Shown: piece by piece, positions 1 through 8,950 of the stretch | How the letters are laid out: the number at the start of each line of letters is the position of its first letter | Position numbering within the stretch: position 1 is the first letter of the stretch | IMG/VR virus record: IMGVR_UViG_3300033109_000048 | Location: 1 to 36,197 of that record | Source: a virus | Taxonomy: Duplodnaviria; Caudoviricetes | Length of the DNA: 36,197 nt | Reading direction: 5' to 3' (one strand) | Made by a program: the position numbers and the translations under genes | Notes under the pieces: model-generated | The model's database searches: none | The model's input: only the letters and a program-made list of their open reading frames with translations | Told to the model about the DNA's origin: nothing

Positions 1-3000
1 CCGCCCATGAAGTAATCCGGCCCGATGTTGTGCTGCGCATGCGCGCCGCCCAGCGTCATCACCGCCATGCCCGCATCGCTCTTCAGCTTGGCATCGATGC
101 GGATGTTCACCCCCACCAGCTCGATCAGGTCGGTGGTGTTGCTGGCCGTGAAAGTGAGGCGGAATTTAACGTAGCGGAACCCGGTGGCATACACCTGCCA
201 CACTCCGTCATAGTCGGTATAGCTCACCCCGTCCGCCGACAGGCTGATCCTGCAACTCACTGCCACCGCGCCGACCACATCCACCGTGGTCGGCGTGATG
301 GTGACGCGGTTGCTGCCCAGCAGCGTTCCGTAGTCGATGGTCTCTTCGTAATAGGCGGGAGACAGGTTCGGCTGCGCGTACACCGGATACCCGGCATTGA
401 TCTGCGCCTGCGGCGTAGTCCAGCTGTTGCTGGTGAAGTGTTCGGCGAAGGTCTCGGTGGTGTTCACCGGGCCGATCAGCGAGTTGTCCACATCGCCGTG
501 CAGCGCCAGGTTGCTCTTGGTGCCATTCAGCAGGCTGTCATAGTCCGCCTTGAGCACATAGTCGGGCGGCTGGTTGACTGAGGCCGAAGCCGAACCGGGT
601 GTGCCGGTGTTTCCCGCGCTGTCGATGGCGGCCATCCAGTACGTATACACCCCCGCCGCCGTCTCGAACACGGTGGTGAAGGTGCCGCTCTTCATCCCGA
701 TGGGTTCTGCCGTCGCCCAGTTGTTGCCCTTGCGCAGCTCATAACCGACTGTCGGCAACGTCCCTGCCACCTCCCCCCAACGCAGCAGCACGTTGTTGTC
801 GATCACCTGGGTGATGAGCGCAGGCGCGGGCGATGCGGTGATCACCATCTCGTGCCCATCCGGCGAGCCGGTGTTGCCGGAGCGGTCAACCGCCGCCACC
901 CAGAATGTGCGGCTGCCCAGCCAGTCGGCCTTGAAGGTATGCGCGGTGGCGCGGAAGAAGCCGAGCGAGACGCCATCCGCCCAGCTCGCGCCATAGCGGA
1001 TCTCGTACAGGTCCACCGGCAGGGTGGCGGTCGGCACCGACCAGGAGAGTTTAGCCTCGGCACCGTCGAACACGCCGGAGAGAATCGGTGCATCCGGCGC
1101 AGAGAGAGCGATGGGCAGCGATCCTGCCCCGCCCACGTTGCCCGCGACATCGATGCCAGCCACCCAGAAGGTGCGGCTCCCAAGCCAGTCCGGGGTGATG
1201 CGCAGGCTGCGCGCATCGGTGCGCGCCACGAATGTGCCTGCAGCCCAGCTTGCGCCATGCCTGACCTCGTAGTTCTGGATCTGGTGCGTGGCGGTGCTAT
1301 CGTTCCAGGTCAACTCCACCATGCCATCCTTGATCGCGCTGGAGAGCGTGGGTGAGGTCGGCGCATCGATGGCGACCTGGCAGGTGGCCTCGGCGGATGA
1401 GAGGTTCTTGCTGGTGTCGCGCGCCAGGATGCGATAGGTGTGCAGCCCGGCCGATGCGGGCGGCAGTTTGGCTTGAGCCCCGGCATACACGTTCCACACC
1501 AGCCCGCCGCCGGTGTCATCTGCGATCAGGTAATCCTTGCGGTCTGCGTCAGGAATCTCTTCCCAGTTCAGCAGCACGTTCAGCAAGGTCGGGGTGGCGG
1601 TGATGACGGTCACGTTGCTGGGCAGCGCAGTCTTGCCGATAACCTGGTGATGGGCGTAGATCCACTCGCTCTTGATGTTGAGGGTGGTGTTCACGGTGCG
1701 CGCGCGCACCTGGTAGTGCAGGCCATCCGTGGCCGGAGCCAGATAGGCCTGCGTGCTGTCACCGGTGACGGTCATACGGTCCCACGCCGGCGCGCCGATC
1801 AGGCGCCATTCAACCTCGATCTGCCCGCCATGCACCACCGCTTGTGTGGTGGCCAGCGGCCAGCTGGCCAGGATGCGCGATGTCACCGTGCCGTCGCCGT
1901 TGAGCAGCAGCACATCGGTACCGGATTCGCAGGTCAGCGTCTCCAGCGGCGCGATGGCGAAGGGATTGGGCAGGTCGGTGTTGGGCGTGCTGTCCGGCGT
2001 GACCGCATCGGCCTCGTCCCAGATGCTGGCGGCATCCTCCTTCATCTTCAGCCACACCGGCTTGAGCGGGTCGATCACCTTGCCGGTCACGCGATAGATC
2101 TTGTTCGTCTGCCCAAGGAACGGGCTGGTGAAGGTCACACGGTGGCCGAGGTCCGGCACATCCCAGGTGCGCAGCGAGAAATGTCCCTCGATGCTGAAGG
2201 CGTTGCGCTGATCCTCGGTGATGATCCGGGCGATGTTGTGCGCGCGCTGTAAGCTGTCGGTGAAGGGCAGGTCGATATCCGTCACCAGCTCGCGGCCGTC
2301 CGCCTCCAGATAGGCCGAGTTGCGGTAGGGCGTGAAGTCGGTGGCGACGTAGTTGTTCTCCGCGCTGATGTATTGACCGCGAACCGTGTTGAATAGGTCT
2401 GCATCGCTGCTGCCGGCGGTGTAGCTGAAGTCGCCCACCACGTCGTCCATGCTCAGCGCCATGACCGGCGCGCTGTACACACCGGCCTGGATGCGCCACG
2501 TCGTGCCGCAGATCAGCCCGGCCATGCTCAGTGCCATCGATTCCAGCACCTGCCCGCGATCCTGATCTGCGCTGACCGTGCCGTTAAGGGTATAGCGCGC
2601 GCCCAAGCCTGCCACCGCCTCATCGCAGGCATTGGCGGCGGCGATGTAATCGGCCAGCGGCAGGTCGCCTTCGGTCACCACCTGGAAGGCGCTGGTGGCA
2701 TCGGGCTGGAGGATGGCGGTCGATGTGGTGCCGATCGATGGCGTGAGCGTGCTGCCGCAATGCTGCGCGCGCCTGATCAGGATGCCCGACACGCCGTCGC
2801 CGGTGTAAACCGTTGTGGAGCCGTTATGCAAGCGATGCTGGCAGGAAATGGTGCCGGCTACGGTCGCGGGCGGCGTGATCGCGATGCAGCGAATCCAGCC
2901 GTCGCGCAGCCTTTCGACCGAGGCGGTGACGCCCGCCGAAGGCGTGCCGAACACGGTACCGTTCTCCAGGTCGAACGTCGCGGTCTTGATCACACCCCAC

Positions 3001-4469
3001 GGCGTGGCGGGCCAATACATCTGCAGCTTTCGGTTGCCCGTCAGCGTCTTGACCTCGGCGCACCACACCATCACGTCGCCGACGGCAAAGGTGGCGTTCC
3101 GATAGACATGGTGACTGTTCGAGGCGGTCGTATCCTCGATCAGCGCATCAGCATCCATCTCGCCATCCGGGCCTAGTGCGATATTGCTCTGGATGGTCGC
3201 GCGGGCCTTGGTCCAGGCGGCGTTGGCGAAGTCGTCGGACCAGGTGAACTTGTTCACTGCCCAGGATTCGACCGTCGCCACCTTGGTGGTACCGTCATAA
3301 GCAGTGATCACCTGCTGCTGCCATACACCCGCGCCGCCCGTGATGCGCAGCACCATGCCACGGTAGGCATCGGAGGTGGACGATGCGCCGGCGGGCAGCG
3401 TCATCGATGTCAGGGTGGCGGCCTGGGCGGTGCCGGAATAGACCACCTCATCCGCCGGCACACGGCACATCTCGCTGGTTAGATAGTCCGCGATGCACAG
3501 CGCGTTGTTGTTCGACCAGGCAGGGATATCGTTCGGGTACAGCGGCGAGCGCGGGTCGTGCACCTTCTTTCCGCGCAGCTTGACCTTAACGTTCGGTATG
3601 CCGCCCTGGAACTCGGAATGGTCCAGATCCACGCGGATGATGGTCGCGGTCTTGCCCTCCATCAGGCAGGTGCCGGTGTACTGGTTGGGATTGGCCGATG
3701 CGGCGATCTCGGCCAGCGTGGTGGCATCGGCCGGGGTGCCTGCCACACCCAGCCGTTTCTTGACGCGCACGCGGGGGATGTCCTGCTGCCACTGGTAGCT
3801 GCAGCGGAAGTTGTGCGATTCCGCGACGGAGACCTGCGCGCCATTGAGCGTGAACGGCATGCTGATCTCTTCAGTGCCATCGGAGGTGGCCTGAGAATAG
3901 ACCACGCGCAGGCTGCCGGCGATGGGGGTATGCGCCAGGTTGAAGACGGTGCCGCTGTGCAGCTCGTAGGCATCCACCTTCTTGTGCTCCAGGTAATCGC
4001 CCTGGGTCACGAAACCGCTGGCATCGAGTGCGCCCAACCACTTGTCGTTGATGGCCACGTCGAGGATGGCCTCGCTCTCGTGGTCGGCATGTACGCAGAC
4101 GAGGTGGTGATACTGGTCGCGGTCGCCGCTGGTCAGCACGTCGATGATGCGCGAACCGACCACGCACTCGCCATAGGCATAGACATGCGGCGCATCGCCG
4201 GTGATGACGGTGATGTCGCGCGACTTGAGACCCGAATTGTAGGCATCGCGCGCGGCCTGCTCGGCAGCACGGGCGGCCTTGCGCTGCTCTGACTGCCCCC
4301 AGGCGGTACCGACGACGATGAGGCCAACGCCGATGGCGATGGTCAGTGCAGTTGCAGTGGCCGAACCGACCATCATCGCGCCCACATACACCAGCGCCTG
4401 CGGCATGGCCGCTGCCGCGCCGGGCAGCAGCATAAGCGAGATCATGACCAGCCTAGACAGTCCACGCAT
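1..4469 (-). CDS. Central tail fiber / tail-tip host-specificity protein (lambda J-like) with FN3-like repeats; 3' end truncated by the window
   Basis: Missing from the ORF track because it has no stop in the window. Hand translation from ATG 4469 (MRGLSRLVMISL...) gives GIPNVKVKLRGKKVHDPR, WSNNNALCIADYL, YIAAANACDE, RYTLNG, FNTVRGQY, DIDLPFT, then repeated W..P...Y.(I/V)R.G.SW...DWLGSRTFWVA units; frame stays consistent to position 3; last gene of the tail-tip cluster. Confidence 0.88.
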   Translation of the reverse strand, partial: MRGLSRLVMISLMLLPGAAAAMPQALVYVGAMMVGSATATALTIAIGVGLIVVGTAWGQSEQRKAARAAEQAARDAYNSGLKSRDITVITGDAPHVYAYGECVVGSRIIDVLTSGDRDQYHHLVCVHADHESEAILDVAINDKWLGALDASGFVTQGDYLEHKKVDAYELHSGTVFNLAHTPIAGSLRVVYSQATSDGTEEISMPFTLNGAQVSVAESHNFRCSYQWQQDIPRVRVKKRLGVAGTPADATTLAEIAASANPNQYTGTCLMEGKTATIIRVDLDHSEFQGGIPNVKVKLRGKKVHDPRSPLYPNDIPAWSNNNALCIADYLTSEMCRVPADEVVYSGTAQAATLTSMTLPAGASSTSDAYRGMVLRITGGAGVWQQQVITAYDGTTKVATVESWAVNKFTWSDDFANAAWTKARATIQSNIALGPDGEMDADALIEDTTASNSHHVYRNATFAVGDVMVWCAEVKTLTGNRKLQMYWPATPWGVIKTATFDLENGTVFGTPSAGVTASVERLRDGWIRCIAITPPATVAGTISCQHRLHNGSTTVYTGDGVSGILIRRAQHCGSTLTPSIGTTSTAILQPDATSAFQVVTEGDLPLADYIAAANACDEAVAGLGARYTLNGTVSADQDRGQVLESMALSMAGLICGTTWRIQAGVYSAPVMALSMDDVVGDFSYTAGSSDADLFNTVRGQYISAENNYVATDFTPYRNSAYLEADGRELVTDIDLPFTDSLQRAHNIARIITEDQRNAFSIEGHFSLRTWDVPDLGHRVTFTSPFLGQTNKIYRVTGKVIDPLKPVWLKMKEDAASIWDEADAVTPDSTPNTDLPNPFAIAPLETLTCESGTDVLLLNGDGTVTSRILASWPLATTQAVVHGGQIEVEWRLIGAPAWDRMTVTGDSTQAYLAPATDGLHYQVRARTVNTTLNIKSEWIYAHHQVIGKTALPSNVTVITATPTLLNVLLNWEEIPDADRKDYLIADDTGGGLVWNVYAGAQAKLPPASAGLHTYRILARDTSKNLSSAEATCQVAIDAPTSPTLSSAIKDGMVELTWNDSTATHQIQNYEVRHGASWAAGTFVARTDARSLRITPDWLGSRTFWVAGIDVAGNVGGAGSLPIALSAPDAPILSGVFDGAEAKLSWSVPTATLPVDLYEIRYGASWADGVSLGFFRATAHTFKADWLGSRTFWVAAVDRSGNTGSPDGHEMVITASPAPALITQVIDNNVLLRWGEVAGTLPTVGYELRKGNNWATAEPIGMKSGTFTTVFETAAGVYTYWMAAIDSAGNTGTPGSASASVNQPPDYVLKADYDSLLNGTKSNLALHGDVDNSLIGPVNTTETFAEHFTSNSWTTPQAQINAGYPVYAQPNLSPAYYEETIDYGTLLGSNRVTITPTTVDVVGAVAVSCRISLSADGVSYTDYDGVWQVYATGFRYVKFRLTFTASNTTDLIELVGVNIRIDAKLKSDAGMAVMTLGGAHAQHNIGPDYFMG

Positions 4470-4815
4470 GCTCTGCCTCCGTGCGCGGTTTGAAGACGAG
4501 GCCATCGGCCCCCGGCGCCACGATGTGCGCGCCACTGACCAGAGACACCACGCCGGCGGCGATGGCGAGATCACCATCCTTGGCGTAGTTGGGGTGCGGC
4601 AGTCGGCGAAAGTGCGCATCCAGCACGGCCACCAGTCCGCCGTTCTCTTTCACCAGGCGCGCGGCCTGCCATTCGTCCTGCCACAACTCATCCGGCAGAT
4701 GCTTGCGACCGCTGGAGATCTCCACCCAACCGACGGCGAAGGTGATGCAGTCGTGGCGTCCCCACTCGAACGGGGCGGAGAGGTGGGCGGCGATGTACTC
4801 GGGCAGGGTGTTCAT
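4453..4815 (-). CDS. Tail-tip NlpC/P60-like protein (DUF6950-like)
   Basis: PFEWGRHDC motif and GDLA; ATG 4815 overlaps the upstream stop (ATGA); position just before the central tail protein. Confidence 0.75.
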   Translation of the reverse strand: MNTLPEYIAAHLSAPFEWGRHDCITFAVGWVEISSGRKHLPDELWQDEWQAARLVKENGGLVAVLDAHFRRLPHPNYAKDGDLAIAAGVVSLVSGAHIVAPGADGLVFKPRTEAEHAWTV

Positions 4816-5402
4816 CGGCGCTGGAATTTCACGGAGAGCCAAGGAACAGGCTGGGCGATCAGCATGGTGAGGCGGTCAAGCGCGGTGTCTCCTGGGTAGA
4901 TGGCTTTATGCTGGGCGGCGTTGAGACGCAGCGCGGGTGGACGCTTGAGCCCGTAGGACGATGTCTCGCAGCGCAGGCGCAGCGATCCGGCCGGATCTTC
5001 CTTTTTTCCGGCCACGCCGCCGGTCATGGTGTCCATCGTTCCGCGCCAGCAGATCTTCGGTGTGCCGATGAGCTGGAAGCCCTCATCCAGCGGACAGAAG
5101 TAGATGTTCACAGTCCGCCCGCGATACTCCTCCACCGGACCGGCGCCGAGCGCAACGAATGTAGTGTCGGCGAGGTTGAGCTCGAACTCGATGGCCTTGG
5201 CCGCCGTGCCCTGCTGTCGCTCGATCGAGCCGAAGCTGCCAACCGATCCCATGCCCACCCACTCATAGCCGCCCCAGCTCACGTTCACGTTCAGCGTGCT
5301 GCAGCGGTACACCATCGATGCGAAGTGGAACTCGATGAAATACACATAGCGCACATGCGGTTGCGCCAGAGTGTCCAGCTGGTCGACATCAAGCAGCGTC
5401 AC
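4812..5402 (-). CDS. Minor tail / tail-tip hub-like protein
   Basis: WGGYEWVGMG, YRGRTVNIY, WRGTMD, YPGD motifs typical of siphovirus tail-tip genes; GTG 5402 overlaps the upstream TGA and follows GGAGG (track start TTG 5408). Confidence 0.7.
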   Translation of the reverse strand: MTLLDVDQLDTLAQPHVRYVYFIEFHFASMVYRCSTLNVNVSWGGYEWVGMGSVGSFGSIERQQGTAAKAIEFELNLADTTFVALGAGPVEEYRGRTVNIYFCPLDEGFQLIGTPKICWRGTMDTMTGGVAGKKEDPAGSLRLRCETSSYGLKRPPALRLNAAQHKAIYPGDTALDRLTMLIAQPVPWLSVKFQRR

Positions 5403-6010
5403 CGCCAATCCTCCACCAGATCCAGCGATGTGCCATCCACGCCACCGCGCTGGTGGCGCATCGAGGTGCGGCTATCCGTGCGACGGAACAGCGCCTTGGG
5501 CTTGTCCCAGGTGACGGCAGAACCGGTCACGAACGCCGTGCGCAGCGCCGCACGCACCTGCACCGTGATGTTGCCGCTGCCGTCCGCCGTGGCATCGGCC
5601 TGGACCTTGCATACCTGTTGTGAGGTTCCGCTGCCAAGGCCAAGATGATCGCCGGCCAGCAGCGTCTTTCCCGCCTCGCCGGCGCCTGCGCTGATGTTCA
5701 GCGTGGTGGCGCCAGCCGCATGTGCGCCATTCAACGTCATCACGCCGCGCATCGTGCCGCGCGGCTGCGGCCGGTCGATATGCCACAGCGCGAGCTGGTT
5801 CTGCCGGCCGTCGAGTTGCAGCAGCAGCGATTCCCATTGAGCGTATTCCGCGCGGTTGTAACGCGCGGGGGTGAGCAGCACCGTCCACAGCGGATGCGAC
5901 AGCTCGGCCGATTGAGAGCTGAAAGGGGAATCGAACGCCAGATCGCGGCGCAGCTGACCCCATTCGATGCCGGTCACCAGCGTGAGGGTGGAAGGGAAGT
6001 CGATGATCAT
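5399..6010 (-). CDS. Distal-tail-like minor tail protein
   Basis: 203-aa ORF directly after the tape measure with ATGA coupling; FDSPFS..Q...W and LLAGDHL motifs. Confidence 0.65.
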   Translation of the reverse strand: MIIDFPSTLTLVTGIEWGQLRRDLAFDSPFSSQSAELSHPLWTVLLTPARYNRAEYAQWESLLLQLDGRQNQLALWHIDRPQPRGTMRGVMTLNGAHAAGATTLNISAGAGEAGKTLLAGDHLGLGSGTSQQVCKVQADATADGSGNITVQVRAALRTAFVTGSAVTWDKPKALFRRTDSRTSMRHQRGGVDGTSLDLVEDWR

Positions 6011-7797
6011 GCGATGGCCTTCTCGCGCCGCAGGCGCTCGACCAGCTGGCCTTGACGGCTATCGATCAGGCGCGACACATCGGACAGCACCTGCGCGCGG
6101 TCGGCCCGCGAATCGACGTGAATGGTGGTGTGGTCCTGGATCACCACGGTCGTGCCGCCGCCACCCTGCGCGCGCACGCCCAGCTTGCCAGAGCTGTCGC
6201 GCGCCAGCGGCATCACCGCCTCCGGCCCCGCCTCGCCCATCACCCCCAGCGAAAACCCGCCGCCGTTGGCGAACTTGAAAGGGGTGGGCTGAGTGTAGAG
6301 GTTGTTCGAGAAGGTGCCGCCGTTGGCGAAAGCATGCACGCCGAACGCACCACCATCGGCGAAACCGAAGGCTTTCATCAGGCCACCGATCAGACCATCG
6401 CTGGCGCTGCCGCCTTGTCCGTTGGTGCCGAACAGCTTCTCGGTCAGGTTCGCCGCTGCCATGTTTGCCGAGATGCGGAATAGCATCTGCTTCAGCGCAT
6501 CCTCGAAGCCGGAGAACTTGCCCATCATCCCATCGAACAACTGGTCGCCAAGCATGCGCTGCGTGCTGTCGCGGAAGGTCTCCCAGGTGGCGGACATCTT
6601 TTTCGAATTCTTCTCCGTCGCGTTCGCCATGCCGGTCATGGTCTTTTCGTAGGCCTGGCCCATCTGCTCTACCGTCATCGGGAACTGGTCGCCCAATGTG
6701 TTTTTCAGGTACACCAACTGATCCCACGCCGCGTTCGCTTTTGCTTGCGGGTCGGTGTTTTCCAGCAGGCGCTGTGATTCAAGGTAGGCGTCGGCAAAGG
6801 CCTTCTCGGAGCTTGTTCTAGTGTCCTCGTTGCCGCTTCTCTTCTCCTCGTCGGAGATCTGTTTCTGCAGCTCGGCCTTTTGCCGTTTCAGCCCTTCTGC
6901 CAGCCTGCGATACTCACCAGCTGCCTTGGCTGCGATCGCGCGGATCTCGTTCGACTTGGATGTATTGGCTGCCAGTCCTGCCTGCCACTGCGCATCGATC
7001 TCTGCACTTTGGATCTGGTAGGTCAGCTGCTGCAGTTGTTGTTTCTTGGTGTAGTTGGCCGCTTCATCCGCTTTCTTCTTCACAGAATCAATGCCTGCCT
7101 CGGCCTTCTTTGCCGCCTCTTCGGCGGAGTTGCCCCAGTAATACCATGCCGCCGCACCCGCACCAACGGCCAGCGTGACCATACCAAGCGGACTGGTGAG
7201 AAAACCAAGCGCACGAGACATCAATCCAGCCTTGGCTGCACTGGCAGTCTGCACCGCTTCCAGTCTTACCAATGCTGCGGTATGGGATGTTTCTGCTGCG
7301 GCAACCGCAGCATGGCTGGTGCCTAGTGCGTTATTCGCACGCGCTGAGGCCAGCGCAATAGCAGTCTGCTGCACCTCTGCCGTAGCCAGCTCCAACGTGG
7401 CCGCTGTATTCGCCGCCAGGACGGACGTTGTCGATGTCAACGGCGTAATCAACCCCATGATGTAACCGCCCATCGCCTTTGCCGCATTTCCTACACCGCC
7501 GAACGATCCTGAGATCTGCGTACCCTGCTGGATCAGCACCATCATCGGGCTTTGTCCGGCGGCGAGCGACACCCAGATATCCTGGAATTGCAGCGGCAGC
7601 TGCTGAGTGGCCATGCGCAACTGACCGGCAGAAAGACCTGCCTTGTTAAAGTTCGCGCTAGTGTGGGTCAGTTGGTTGCCGAGCTTGTTGGCGGAGGCCT
7701 CAAGCGCGTTGAAATTCTGCTCGGCCTGAGACACGGCGGGCTGCATGCCCGCCGCGCTGGCTGTGATGTCGATCCTGACGTTGGAATTGTCGCCCAT
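6007..7797 (-). CDS. Tail tape measure protein (lambda-like)
   Basis: N-terminal QQLPLQFQDIWVSLAAGQSPMMVLIQQGTQI, Ala-rich helical body, C-terminal FANGG and GVMGEAGPEAVMPLAR...GKLGV motifs. Confidence 0.92.
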   Translation of the reverse strand: MGDNSNVRIDITASAAGMQPAVSQAEQNFNALEASANKLGNQLTHTSANFNKAGLSAGQLRMATQQLPLQFQDIWVSLAAGQSPMMVLIQQGTQISGSFGGVGNAAKAMGGYIMGLITPLTSTTSVLAANTAATLELATAEVQQTAIALASARANNALGTSHAAVAAAETSHTAALVRLEAVQTASAAKAGLMSRALGFLTSPLGMVTLAVGAGAAAWYYWGNSAEEAAKKAEAGIDSVKKKADEAANYTKKQQLQQLTYQIQSAEIDAQWQAGLAANTSKSNEIRAIAAKAAGEYRRLAEGLKRQKAELQKQISDEEKRSGNEDTRTSSEKAFADAYLESQRLLENTDPQAKANAAWDQLVYLKNTLGDQFPMTVEQMGQAYEKTMTGMANATEKNSKKMSATWETFRDSTQRMLGDQLFDGMMGKFSGFEDALKQMLFRISANMAAANLTEKLFGTNGQGGSASDGLIGGLMKAFGFADGGAFGVHAFANGGTFSNNLYTQPTPFKFANGGGFSLGVMGEAGPEAVMPLARDSSGKLGVRAQGGGGTTVVIQDHTTIHVDSRADRAQVLSDVSRLIDSRQGQLVERLRREKAIA

Positions 7798-7803
7798 GCC
7801 CGC

Positions 7804-7846
7804 AGACTACGGGCCTTGGCAAGTCAAAAACAGGGGCAAAGATGGC
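7804..7846 (-). promoter_or_regulatory. Putative late promoter, copy 1 (27-bp motif plus -10-like TAGTCT), upstream of the tape measure
   Basis: GCCATCTTTGCCCCTGTTTTTGACTTG at 7846-7820, 10 nt gap, TAGTCT at 7809-7804, 6 nt gap, ATG 7797. Confidence 0.75.
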
Positions 7847-7889
7847 TATAAAACCCGCGCGCGCACAGGGTGCGTATGCTATCTACCCC

Positions 7890-8369
7890 TTATATATACC
7901 GCATCTTCCCGGAATTGCTGACAGATCTAGTATCACTTATCCGTTTTTGCAGCCTGTCGAATTCAATGTAGATATTTTGGTTACTCCTAGATTCGCGCGT
8001 CTCCTCAATATATGACTTGAATTTTGAATACATATTCACCAGGAATGCCCCGCTCATCCTGTTTACAAGATCGAAGTCATATATCCCTGCGTCTACTCCA
8101 ACAGCCAAATGCTCTACTTTGGACAGAATGTGCCGAATCGAAACTGCCTGATGATCGGCCAGATTCTTCAAGTCGATTTCACCTGAAAACAATGCTTCTT
8201 CTATTGGCTTATATGCACCTCTGAATCTATTCAGGTAATCAATTGTCTCCTGTTTCATTCTTCTTTCATGGTCTGCAAGGTAGGTCTTTTTAAGGGCCCT
8301 AAGCTGACCTGAAAGAACAAGCAACGTAAGCGTAACCAATACCAAATTTGAAATTTCATATTCAGACAT
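7890..8369 (-). CDS. DUF4760-like membrane-anchored moron protein
   Basis: AT-rich 159-aa ORF with SD AGAGGTGA; N-terminal TM segment, QETI, VEHLAVGVDAGIYD, YIEETR and IYIEFDRL pattern. Confidence 0.7.
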   Translation of the reverse strand: MSEYEISNLVLVTLTLLVLSGQLRALKKTYLADHERRMKQETIDYLNRFRGAYKPIEEALFSGEIDLKNLADHQAVSIRHILSKVEHLAVGVDAGIYDFDLVNRMSGAFLVNMYSKFKSYIEETRESRSNQNIYIEFDRLQKRISDTRSVSNSGKMRYI

Positions 8370-8380
8370 ATATCACCTCT

Positions 8381-8410
8381 AAAAAACAAAGGCCGCCAAG
8401 CGGCGGCCTT
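8381..8410 (-). terminator. Intrinsic terminator between the small peptide ORF and the DUF4760-like gene
   Basis: AAGGCCGCC-GCTT-GGCGGCCTT followed by TGTTTTTT on the minus strand. Confidence 0.8.
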
Positions 8411-8427
8411 AATGATATTAATCTAGG

Positions 8428-8487
8428 CTATTCGTCGTCTTCGCACACGACTATGCGCTTCGCAATAGATTTAATGGCAGACACCAT
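8428..8487 (-). CDS. 19-aa peptide MVSAIKSIAKRIVVCEDDE
   Basis: ATG 8487 to TAG 8428, preceded by a very strong SD (GGGGAGGAGGAGTC-ATG); below the ORF-track size cutoff. Confidence 0.6.
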   Translation of the reverse strand: MVSAIKSIAKRIVVCEDDE

Positions 8488-8627
8488 GACTCCTCCTCCC
8501 CAGTGATTACAACAACAAAAGATGACGCCAACAAAGACACGCCACCACTAAATTAGTTCAATTTGACCATCAACAAGCACAATAATGCCATTGAAGTCAA
8601 GATAATTTAAATGGCCACGGGCGAAGA

Positions 8628-8950
8628 TTAAAGCTGCTGCCCAGGCCTGTCAACTGGCACCAGCAAGCCAACCTCCACCACCTGCAGCAGCTCCAGCCCG
8701 ATGTCGATATCCCATCCGGCCGCCTGCATCAGCGCGATGGCCGGGTTGTAATCCAGCCCGTAGGCTTTGCCGGTGGGGCCGACGCGCCACTGTGTGCGCA
8801 AGCGCTGGTAGAGCTCCCAGACGGGAGCTTCCCATTCCAGCGATGGCGGAAGATCGTCCGGGTCGATCTCGCGCCCGGATTCCTCCATGGCTTGCAGGTA
8901 TTCCCACCCGATCTCGCGCGTCCAGCGCGCCCGGGCGGCTAGGCGTTTTT
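8628..8950 (-). CDS. Tail assembly chaperone C-terminal part (DUF1799-like, gpT equivalent), probably reached by a -1 frameshift
   Basis: WELYQRLRTQWRVG..G...GLDY motif; frame is open upstream of ATG 8888 back to the slippery site at 8951-8945. Confidence 0.8.

Noticed and set aside
895-1190. Possible DGR template/variable repeat pair in the tail gene
   Set aside because: Both copies are short in-frame FN3 repeats, differences are not adenine-specific, and there is no reverse transcriptase in the window
7849-7871. Weak hairpin plus TTTT after the DUF4760-like gene
   Set aside because: Stem is bulged and the T-tract short; too weak to call a terminator
8500-8627. Sigma70 promoter for the moron (TTGACT near 8595-8600)
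   Set aside because: No convincing -10 at 16-18 nt spacing; a promoter is plausible in this AT-rich stretch but cannot be placed
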